From Phoronis australis (taxonomy: Eukaryota > Animalia > Phoronida): DNA of 64,000 nt. The notes beneath the pieces are model-generated. The model did no database searches, was not told the origin of the DNA, and was given only the letters and a program-made list of their open reading frames with translations. The stretch is taken from the NCBI GenBank assembly GCA_002633005.1, contig NMRA01000010.1, forward strand, positions 62,001-126,000. The letters run 5' to 3'. Position numbers and translations under genes: made by a program. This document shows positions 27,601-39,600 of this stretch, in pieces (the first letter of the stretch is position 1; every line of letters begins with the position of its first letter).

Positions 27601-30600
27601 TTCACACCGATGATGTGGCAGGCATTAACAGATGCTTCGTTGTATCTTCAGTTTTCGACCTGATTCCGGCAGGCGTCGCCTTTAACAGGCGCTCGCTAAA
27701 ATATCAATATTGCCGTTGCACAGTAGGTTACAAGCGTATGCCGTTCTATTGCCACAAAAGTTAGCTGGGTTGATATCCAACGGAATCATTAACCCTTAGG
27801 GTAATAAATACTAGTTATCTGAGAAATGCGTTGTTTTATTCTTGATAACTGAAGTTAAGGAGACAGTTTAATTATCAAGAATGATTGATATTTCAGGACC
27901 TTCTCACTGATGAAGTTAAGGAGATTCTGCAACTTCGACCTACGGCCCGCAATAAACAACAAGTGAACGATGTAAGTCATCAGCTAATATCCGATACTAT
28001 ATTCGTGATTATGTGCTAGACAATAATTTAAAATTCATCTTTGTAGTGCCAAGTTTTGCTTGTCTCTCTGTGTACACGAAAAGTGCACAAATATAATGAA
28101 CTCCTAAGCTGCTAGGATTTCAAATGGTTGACTACTTAACTAGTCAGTGTTGATTGTAGTCTATTCTGCCGGGGTACTCGATTTTTGACGGGGTAAATCG
28201 CTGTGAATTTAGGCCTTTCAAAGCTGCACTGATTTCACCCTGCAAGCTTCCCAAAAAACGAAAATTAAATTAGACCTCTAACTCTTACAAAATCGGTTTC
28301 ATAATATTCCTTACTTTAACAGGGTTATTTCCATTACAAACTCAAGTTGCCATGCGTACATGCGCCATTTTAGAATTTGCAATTTTAGGGTTGGCAATCC
28401 CCCATTAACTCTAAAACATTTTTTGAGTCGTCATGCTGACCATTTCGGATGGTTCCGGTACTCTTTTTGGCAACGGAAATGGCATCGTAGTCACGGCAAG
28501 GAGGAATGTGGGACCTATTTCATAAGAGTGAAAAGGCCTCGATCGATTTTCGTTTTAGCTAGCTAAACAGAGCGAAAATGCAGTTTTACAAGTTTAGCAA
28601 GACAAAAAACAAGCCCCTTTACAAAGCTAGAACAAGTGTATAAGAGACCCTTTTGTAAGTTGATTCTTTGAGACATCTTTTGTGGAGGGTCACCAGAAAC
28701 AACCCTTCTCTTGCCAGGTGTCCCAACACTTACAAAACGCGACCCGTGTAAGCCACTCATGACAGTACTACCCCGAAAATGTGAAACCTGTGCTACGTTC
28801 CATGGACCCAAGACATTAGGCTTGTATTTGGGTCGAGAAATCTCCGCTTACAGAACGGAAACATAGGAGTTACTTCTGCCCCATAATGCAACATTCCGAC
28901 CTCACGAACCAGCAAAACACTCACCTTTCAATCGCACGATCTAGCGTGATCTCGCTTTTCTCACAAGAGTCTACGGAATGCACCGGTATTATTCACTATT
29001 TAGCGCAGAATAATGTGCAACACTAAAAAGGTTACACGATTCGCATCAAAAGAAAACAAGAAGGCGAAAAATCCTAACTGGAGTCTCCAATTACTTTACT
29101 CAAAATTCACCGTTGTAACCTGATAATGTGTAACCTCGTCATTCAACCTGTATTATAAATGGACCGTGCCTAAATTCTTGTTTACTCCTAAAAGTTGGCA
29201 CACTATAAATTCTTGAACTTACTGATAGCTCTATGAGTGTAAACGCATCAATGCAGACGACAACAGCCAGTCTTGTCCAGTCCAGTCGCCTATATTGTTC
29301 CAGTCTTGTAAGTTGCTTAGAGGTGAAAAGTAAATTAAACCAAGTGTAAATACCACGCCAGTTTAACTCTATTAAATCTCAATTGCCTTTTTGCGTTCTA
29401 TCTCGCTGATTGACAAAACCTTTTAACGTTATCTTGATATCCTCTCAAAGGCGATCGTCTAGTTTCCGTGAAGCAGTCGAATCACTCAATTACTGCTGTG
29501 AAAACACGTTTCTAGTTGTTTCACGGGTTGAAAACAGTTTTCACTTGACCACACACTTTTACAGTGCACATGCGCGTTTATCTTGAGCAGATGGATAGCG
29601 TAATACGCTACTCCAAGTGTGATACAAAATAAGTAAACACTCATGTTTCAAATGAAAACTGTCATTTATCAGCTGATAATTATTTCGTGTTACTGATATG
29701 CCGTTCGATGTAATGCGATCGCATAAGTTTTACAGTTTGCACAGATTAAAAGAATTGTTGGCAATTTCAAACCACCACAATCAGTTAGACATTTCTTAAA
29801 TTATTAGATTTATCAAGATAATCTTTACCTGGATTCGTTTTACAAAAAATAATTATCAAATTATATTCGGCTAGACGTCACCATTTGGCACGACTCACCT
29901 CCCAAGTATAACAATCCTCGCTTGGTGATACTCAACGCATAATGTTGACATTTCAAGAGAAAATGTCAACTTCTGCCGAACCCTACGCCCGGAGGTTCAC
30001 ATATGAACAGGTACACGTCGGCTGTGCATAAATTATGAATGGGTAGTCGCCCAGAGCAATATACTCAGAAAAAAGCAAGTGTATGTCTATATTACAAACA
30101 TTTACGTTAAACCAAAGTGGTTGATGATATAGTAATGCCTGTAATTTATTTTCGCTAAGTGAATAATTTTATTGGCATTATAAATAATACCTGTGGATTT
30201 GACATTAATTTGTCGACGTAGTCGACTAATAAACGGTAATTTAGCGCTCAGTGTGGCTACACATAGCTTTAAATTTTCAAACTGAAATTAGTGCAATGTC
30301 TAAGAATCGAATATTCTCTGAGTAAAATATTTGAGCGACACGCGACGTCATCAGTAGTTGTGCTGCTTTTTGGAGTGCACTGTAAACGACGGATCGCTAT
30401 GTGGTCAAGATCCACTTATCTCTGAAAATGTCTCATGAAGCAAGATTATCATATCGTGTCATGCAAAAAGCACTCCATCTTCGAAAAAATGTGCAACTTG
30501 GCATATAGAGTTTTAAGTGATTCCAGCAGTTTCCTATGCCCGTAAATAAGCTATGACTTGGATTTCTTGAACAAATGATTTACCTATTCGTAAATTATTG

Positions 30601-33600
30601 GAACCTTTTAGGAAATCTTCAATTAAATGAAACCATGAAGATACGGTAATGAAAGTGTGTAAAACTAAATGTAACCCTGATGTCTCTATTCGAGGCACAG
30701 ACAGTCACGTGTACATGTAGATGGGGTTTGTGGAATTTCTTTTTGTCTGAAACAGGCAGTGAAGTGTTTGAAGAAGATCAATCAAGAATTCAGAGCACTA
30801 CCTTTGGAACAACAGAGGAAGATAGCAGAATGCTCCTTTTACGACAAGTAAGCGCAGTTACGGTTTTCGTAAGGGGTGTTAAAAATTGACAAAAGCTGTA
30901 TGGGGGCTTCGTCCCCATCTACTCATAATGGTAATCCGGGGGCGTCGGAAGCAATTTCACAATGGTTCGGCAAATGGCCGACTTTTCGACAATGGGTACG
31001 GTACGGGAGGGGCACCCCTCCCCGTAGGGAGGTCTGGGGTCTCCTCCATACAAAGTTTAGGATTCAAGTTTCATTTAGTGTATTATAGAGGCGTCAAATG
31101 GAAAATATTGGTCCGGTGACCGCTGTTCCAGGGCCCATGCAATCTCAAAACTGCACATTTCCAGTTTTCTGTAGATGTACGGAAAAGTAGAATCAAAACA
31201 AGACAACTTACATATTTGACCTTTTCTAGTACAAAATGCGTCTACTATACGGTACATAATACTACAGGGATTGTGTTTCTATGCATTTAACCTCAGTGAC
31301 ATTTTATACGCGCTGAAACTCAAGCAAGATGTTTCTGGTATACTAGTTCTGGTCGCAAGATTGTAAGTTGAGTTTGGTGTGTACAAGGCATGCACGGCGC
31401 AGCACTGAAATAAGTGGGGGCTATACTAACCCAGCCCCCTATGGTGACCGCCTTTACCATGGGCGATGCAACCGACTGAAATAAATGTGGGGGCAAAAGC
31501 TCCCAATGGTGCGACGCCCATTGGGGCTGGGGGCTATAGCCCCCACAGCTGCGCCGCCCATGAAAGGACTTTAAGATCTAACATACCAAAACAACAGTTA
31601 TGACACTTATAAAACAAATAATTAGTAACGCGTATTAGTTTCTGTTAAGTAAATGTGTATTACTGTGTTAGTGCCTTTCCTGGCAGGTTCCTTCAGCAGC
31701 GCGTCATACTCCGAGGTGGTTTGCCACCAGATGGCATTTACTTCGTGTTGTCAGGGTCGGGTAAGTATACACTCTTTCACGCAGAATGGTGAATGTTCGC
31801 CAAGACCCTTTTGTCCACCTGATTGCACATGCATGCTGTCGCCCCCAGTGGAGGTAATGAGAACTCGTAAACCGAGTAAACCACTGATTAAGCCTATTGC
31901 GGACGTGCATCAGACGCCGGAGTCACAGATAGATTTGGATAATTCTATGTATCCTTAAAATCTAAGAATTAAGAATGTATCTGTTGTATGTTACATAGGC
32001 CTTGTGAATTCCGAGGTTGCGGCGTGATAAATAATTTTGCTCAGTTGAGTGTCTGAATTGAGTCCTGCGACCGCGGGTACTGCGAATGGCCCCTTTACTT
32101 AAGTATGCAGAGGTTGTGTTTACGTTTCAGCTTCTCATGATTTACGGCAGTGATAAGACGTCTGCTATCTGTGAGTGGAATGTGGCCGAGCATTCGGGCA
32201 TGTTGTTTTTAATTAAAATTTTGAGAGTTATGTCGACTAAAATGGTATGTTTTTGTTCAAAGTCGAGTCACAGGTTTGCCTAAATATCCGTAAACAGTCC
32301 TATTCAAGAACAGCACTGTCCGTGGCCTGGCATACAAACAAATATATCGGCAGGGTATCTTTGATACATATGATGTCATCACCCTGAGTCGAGTTACCAG
32401 TTTGTAAACAGACTGCAGACTCTACCGTAAGGGCAGGCTACCAGTACGAAGTCTCCTAACCTAACTGGGGGGAGGGGGAGGGGGGTGGCAGCATGAGTGT
32501 GACGTCAGGTGGGCAAAAGGGTCTTGGCCAACATTCACCATTCTACCTCTTCCCAGTGCTTTTCAGTATAAGTGGCAATTTGTCAGAGGGTAAGGTACGT
32601 ACAGCATTGTCTGGAATGAGTTCCTAATAGGGACAAGCCGATTCCAATATATTCTTGATTCGCCTTAAAAATAACCTAAAGTAACAAATCAAGGAAGGCT
32701 GGCCCTTCCAAAAAGATGCTAACAATAGTCACCTTCACAGTTTTATCGACTGATGGCTTACTCTTCATACTACGGTGACTGTAGCCCCAAAGGTCGTGCC
32801 TAACACCAGATAAATGAAAATTTTACAACAGCGTTTTGCCGGCGCAGAATTTAGCCAGCTTGTTTATAAAATAGCGAAACCTCCGACAGTAAATTGGAAC
32901 TTATTCTTTACATTAGGGGCGTTGCATAACAAGATCTCTTATGATTTCAATGCAGAGTTCACTCTCAATTTGTATCAAAGCAAAAACTCAAAACAGTTAG
33001 GGAACTTAGTTGAGTGCCTATTTGAGATGTTTATTTGTTGGGTTATACAAATCTGATTTCAGAAAGACAACGTATTCACCTTTATGAAATGAAAATGATC
33101 GACATGTTTATTATTTTATTCCTTTCATTCTTAGTGCTTGGTATTTTACGGTTATTTGAAAACAAATGCGGAGTATTAAGAACGCGAATGACATAAAGAG
33201 GCAGGAAAGACTTTGGGAGTGGGTGATGTGTTGGTGGTACAGTGGTAAAGTATTGATTTTCGAACAAGAAAATCGCGGAATTGAATAACGATGTGATCAG
33301 CATTATTTCAATGGCATTACCATAACAGCGGTCAATGAAAGTATGAGCGGTTAGTAGGGAGGATCATTGACTCCAAAACATGAATTCATAACTTCGTGAT
33401 CTGTCCACGTCATATAATAAAGGCATGTATCTCCCAAACAATTTTAACACACGTGATTTTTCACATGTTGCAGTGGTGGAAAAAGGCACGAATATCAAAG
33501 ATCCCCAAGAGTTTCGTGCCGGGGATAAGTTTGGTGAAGAAGACCTTACTTGCGGATGTTCGAGACGTTCGACAATTGTCACCCAAACAACAACTGAGCT

Positions 33601-36600
33601 TCTGTATCTGCATAAAGAGGTAAGCAGCACGTACATGTAAGGATATCTTGGGTCTACATTTACAATACCATTACAATGTATCTGTATAAAGAGGCAAGTA
33701 GCACGTAAGGATATCTTGGGTTTACATTTACAATACCATTACAATGTATCTGTATAAAGAGGTAAGTATCACGTAAGGATATCTTGGGTCTACATTTACA
33801 ATACCATTACAATGTATCTGTATAAAGAGGTAAGTATCACGTAAGGATATCTTCGGTCTACATTTACAATACCATTACAATGTATCTGTATAAAGAGGCA
33901 AGTAGCACGTAAGGATATCTTAGGTCTACATTTACAATACCATTACAACACAGAATGAGTGGGTTTGTTCGATTGTTCTGAATTCCCTTCTGAATCAGTA
34001 CTCTAATCCACAAAGAAAAACACAAAATGTTTGGTTTCGGTAATGGTTTATATGTCTAGGTAGAAAGACGTTAGCTATCGAAAATGCAAATGCTGATCAA
34101 GTATGTGGCCTGCTAAAACATAGCCTTCTCGTAGTACTGTGCCTCTTGAAGGCATATATTTGTCCTACAATGTAGAAAGTAGCCCTACGTGGAAAGCCAC
34201 ATTGTAAACTAAGTACTTTTAGCTCGAACGCTTATGTGTGTGGACGGCATCGCCACCGCAGGGTGAAGTAAGGGTTTTACCAGTGATTTATTGATGCCAA
34301 AGTCTGTGCCGTCTGGTGACAGTATGTGTCGGTGACCAAATTGAAAAAGCATATTCCTTTGAATATATTTCAGTTGGCCTGCCAGTTGTACACCTGCCAT
34401 TTATTTACCTGCGGGACTTAATATTGCATTTTTTGTGTATCGCTTTAGGACTACATGGAAATCTTCAATATGGCAGTAGATTCCACAGATCCTAAGAATC
34501 TGGACATCTGCAAGTGCGTATTTCTTTCTTATGTTATTTATAATTTGCTGCTTGAATAATGTACTCACTGTTTGCATTTTAAGGCACAATTAACGTTCCA
34601 ATTTAGCCCTTCGCTGCACAGATAGCCAAAAAGAGGCCCTGAAAGTGCAAAGCATTAAGTACAAAGCTAACGCGTGCTTTCATATCTTGACTTTTTTCGT
34701 GGATTGTGGACTCTTCTCTGCGAGCCCTCTATGCCATATACCTAATACTGTACCAGGATTAATTACAAAACGTGCCTTTATTATCTATTCTGCGGATTTT
34801 AGGAAGGACATCGTGTTTTCCCATTACCCCATGCAAAAGTTGATCGATAACCCAAGTACGTGGAGTGTCCTACGTTATAAGTTCGGCCGACTCATCGTGA
34901 AGGACAGTAACAACATGGAGTTCATTTACGTCATCAAGTCGGTTGGTATAAAGTTGTGTTCTGTCAGGGTACATGTACCTTTATTACGCCAAACACTTTA
35001 CTTAAATAGCACATTTCTTACTGTTACGTTGTCCAAAAACACAAACTTGCGTGCCTAGCCTCAGAATTATGGAGCCCTCTTAGCCTTGTTTTGAGACGAC
35101 ATAGTTGGTCCCGTTCCTCACTTCGTGGCATCTCAGTTGGATGAATTGTATGCGTTGGCGGTAGAGAGTATTTCGTGACTTAACGCGCTGAGTGTGGAGG
35201 AAGTGCAGTGTTAAATGTTGTGTGAAATCCTAAATTCTACTGAATCGATGGTTCTTGCTCTTTAAGTCTAATTGGTCGATAACCACGTCGAGTACAAACA
35301 CCTTACATTTCAAAGTGTGATTTTTTTATATTCTCATCCACGTGGTCCACTAATGCAGGTACGAGTACGAATCCTTAGCTACCAATGATTAAATTTATTG
35401 TCTGATCACTTCTTTGTTGTATTACCAGGGCGAAGCACGAGTTATAAAGCACCTGCACGCGGGAACTGTGGACGTCAAAGCGAGACGGAAGAAAATTCAA
35501 GCAATGATGGACGCTGAGGACGCTTATCACCAAACAAGAAAACTGCTCGACTTTGTTTCCGAAAGATCACATGGTACTTTCCTTGCTTTAAGCAATGGTT
35601 TCCTAAGTACATGTATTTACAGAAACAGTGTTAAAACACTTAGTGCACCTAACTTATGGCAAATTCACTTTGAGTTAACATCTGTGCGTCGTTGAATTTC
35701 ATGCAGAACGCACGCGCTACAATACGGCATAAAATCGACACCTTTGCGCAATTAAGGAGAATGACACCCAAAAAACAACCTATTTTGTATCAACTTAGAT
35801 AGAGTAGTTCTACGCGATAACGGCACATTCGGTTTCGTTACCTGACACCTGACGGCAGACGGAGGTATTGAAATTATCCAATGACGTAATTGGTTTCATA
35901 CGCAATCTGTTCAGCAGTTCACAACACGCTCGCATCGTTTAACACCAATAAATCATCAAACTTCGATGTAAAACACTTAAAAATACACCGAGGTTTATAA
36001 AAACGTGTTGTTTTATTTCGCTGTTACGGATTTACTGGTATTTGGACACAAGTAGCCTAGGGCAGGCCAATTTACCAAGGGTAATGCCGTAGCAGGAGTT
36101 TGGGGTCTGTTCGGAGATAAATTCGAAGTATTCTTCCGTGAAATACAGACAGGAGAACCTAGATCTGTGTTGCTTATACTTGTGAATTTTTGAGTTCTAA
36201 ACACACAAAACGCTTGTTATCCCGGCCAGTGGCTCGGAACCCGATCAGACCCGTCGCGGCCGGACTGACTCGTTATCCCAGCCAGTGACTTGAAATCCAA
36301 TTAGGCCCGTCGCGGCCGCAGGGACTGGCACGAATATAAACCAGCTCGAGTTGGAAAGTAAACCTCCAGTCACAAAAAAGACTATAATAGTGAGCCAAAG
36401 AAATAATGTGCACGTAATTATTTATGTGAATTAGCCACAAAACTGAAAATCTACTTACTTGTCGGGACTGCGAAGTTCCCCTTCCACAGACCGTCAGGGC
36501 AAAGGTTGTACAGTAACAATGATTTGAATAATTTAGCTGTATTTCTAAATAAAGATTCCCCTAACATGTGACCATAGCATATAAAATCGAGTAACTGGTG

Positions 36601-39600
36601 CCCGGTCAATTACCTTTGTTGCTGGCATCAATAGCCGGTAACGCAGTGGTTTATTCATAGCTGGCTTCTCAAAACATTTGCACTCACGAGCACTCCAGTG
36701 CATTACAAGTTGTATCTAATGAGACAGACTTTGTTTCAGTTTCAAAGTATAAGCATTGGTTAGGATGAGAATAATTCATTTTGAAACAGAACGCAGACTA
36801 ATAAACGTCTACATAGCAACTCGCTTGGCGCCAATCCCGACTTAGTCAAGAGCTCATCCGAGGAAGACTTCACCGTCGGATCGTTAGGTTTCATAGGCTA
36901 TCAGTTCGAACCGGGATACACTGATCAAGAAATACTAGAGAGGCGCCGTGAACATGCATAGGCAAGGGAAGGTATGGATAGTTCTTTGGTAAGTAGGAAT
37001 TCGCCAGAGAAAACACTGTCGACGAAATGCCGGCCTCAGACACGGAGATGTTTCACGGCCACACACTTGCTATATACCTTTCATTCTTCACTACGGCGAG
37101 CCACTTCCTAAGCATTTCAGGCTCTCGATGAATTCGAAAAAACGATATACCCGCTTTCTTCACAGCTTCATAGTTCGGACAAGCGGGAACCGATGCACCG
37201 CAAAATAGCGGCATTCACTCTGCAGACGAACCACTGACGTCGCTGCGTCGCTTCTCACCTTCCTCACAGGTTAACGCGACACCTCTCGGCAAGGTGAGGT
37301 CGACCGTATAAGAGGCGATGTGGATATAGACCGATTAAGACGGTAAAAAAGACTAATTAAATGGAGTGGCATGCTCCTTTAAGCACACAGCCGACTCGCG
37401 CAGAAGCGACAAGATGGCGGTGGTGTGTAATCTGCTCAACCTCGTCCCCAAGCCCCAAGATGGGGATGATCGGTTTAGCCATTTGAGGCTTGGTTATAGG
37501 AATTACCTTCCGCGCTATGATTTCCCGCTGCCTTGGCGTCGGATTTTAATTATTTTCACTGGCGTTGTTGCTGCGTTTTATTAAGCAGAGGGCATGGTTT
37601 TGGATATTGTTTGAACATAGCGGTGGTTCGCGTACTTATTGTCAATTCTTTTTTATTAATAGTATCATAGAAATTAATACTTTTTGGAATCAAAAAACAT
37701 CATTTTTGCAATTATTGCAGCAATATTTCGTTAGTTTTCATTTTTTATAGAAAAACTGCGGAAAATTAAAAAAAAATATGTTACTCGTGATATTCCGGCC
37801 ACTTCCGTAAAAATGTGTTAGAATTCTGACACATTTCATTTCCCATAACCGAGCCTCAAATGGCTTAACCGATCAGCGTAATCTTGAGGTCGAGGCTATG
37901 ATCTTTCAAGTATCAGCCGGTGATGACCTGCGATAATTTCGGAAAATCAAGGCTTGCCACTTTAAAATATGTTATCGATCGGAAAGAGACGACACCTTTC
38001 GATTTCGCCAGTTGGAATTGCATTACTGCCCGCACTCTCACAATGAATGGCCAAACCGATTTTGGTCAAAAGAACGTATTTTTAGTCCTCCAACCAGGTC
38101 AGCTTATTGACCAATTGTTTGCATAAGTTAGTCGGTCGTCCAGTACATGCTAAATGTTTGCTTGATTTCTGTGTGTGCCAATTTGATCTTGCCCACACAC
38201 CATGTATACTTGCAAGTAGTTTATCCCGTTCATTCCACCATCTTTTTGATCACATCACGTGACCTAATGAATATAAGTCCGCAAAAATTTCTGCCCCCGA
38301 CCGGGACTCGAATCCAGGACCTTTTGCAAACCGTGCAGACGCTCTAGCCACTGAGTCATCGAAACCACAGGTCAGACACAGAAAACCAATCGGACTTAGT
38401 AGGGGGCATATTGTCCATGATCTCCATTGGGTATGTAAATACGTACATGTATACTTGAAACTGAACCGTTTAATACTTTACATTTAAAACTTTGTATTTG
38501 TGTTTTTCAGTTCAGTCACATTATCGACCCAATTACTATCATCCTCGCGTGGGATTAAAGAGTGCTCCTGCAAGACTGACCAATCGGGAAGCAAAGTACT
38601 CTTACAATCGTTCCCGGATGTTATCTCAGCAAGCAGTTGCAGATGTTAACAACAATAATGATGGTGAAAAGGAAGCAGACGACAATGATAGAGCGAAATT
38701 AGTAAACGGGAGGACATTGTTTCCCAGGATGACCAGGGCTAACTCATTTGCTGAATTTGGAGAGAACGATCCCGAAAAGTTGAGCAAGAGTGATGTAAAA
38801 TGGGAAGTGAGAACAAAAGACGACACTGACGTTGATGCTAAAAGCGAACGCAGTATAAAAATAGAACGCGGGTGTTTGAGTCATATTCAAGAAGCTGAGG
38901 AAGTACGAGTTTTGAGCTCGCGATCGAACAAGTCTACGAGGTCTGAAAAACTTCCCAGTTTGAGTACCAACGATAAAGCAGGAGTATTGCTGCAACTAAA
39001 CGCCAAGCCTAAGAAGAAGTCCTCCAATGTAGGATCTTTTCACAAAAAGGATCCGGGGCAACCAAGGAACCGTGTAGTATTTCGCAGACGGATTTCTAGC
39101 GAGAAAAGTTTTGAGGAGGACTGCATCTATTATGGGAAAGATAGTAGTGGTAGTCAAATTCCACCATTTGTACAACTGGAATCTCTACACGCGGGAAGGG
39201 TGTTTGTAAGTATTGTGGCCTATGTGGATACGTGCATTAGTCTCTTTCCTTTACCACAAGGTGTGGGGGCACTCTGCCTCAAGAACAGTCATGAAGTAAC
39301 CATTAAGTCAACTTTTAAGAGGAAAATCAACTTTTTTGGCGTTATTGTTACAAAAAAAATCTAAACCAGCTATTCTCTAGGGCACATTTCAGGATCGAGT
39401 GTTGTTCCAGCCCGTTAACAATTAGTTTCTTGAGTTTCTCGTTTCTGCATCCAGTTTCGTTCAGCAAATACACTGATCTGTGATCACTAACTTGAACAGA
39501 AAACGAATCACGCCGATCTCATGAAACCTGATTCAAAGTGTGCCACGTGATTGGTTCTTTTTAGACAAGTCTCGGGACAATAACAACACGAGGTTAAAGT

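Noticed and set aside
27407-27613. ORF in intron 4 as an extra CNBD exon
   Set aside because: The nearby acceptor leads to an in-frame stop in phase 0, and exon 4 joins exon 5 cleanly without it.
28169-28775. Possible CCGGGGTACTC-type MITE
   Set aside because: Termini are too degenerate to define boundaries by eye.
6226-33948. Tandem arrays (24, 47, 18, 65 and 68 bp) as CRISPR arrays
   Set aside because: Units are head-to-tail with no unique spacers, there are no cas genes, and the context is eukaryotic.
38295-38365. Functional tRNA gene
   Set aside because: A/B boxes are present, but I could not build a proper acceptor stem or 7-nt anticodon loop; treated as tRNA-derived.
38492-39364. 290-aa ORF as a stand-alone gene
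   Set aside because: It is exon 12 plus read-through into the flanking introns.
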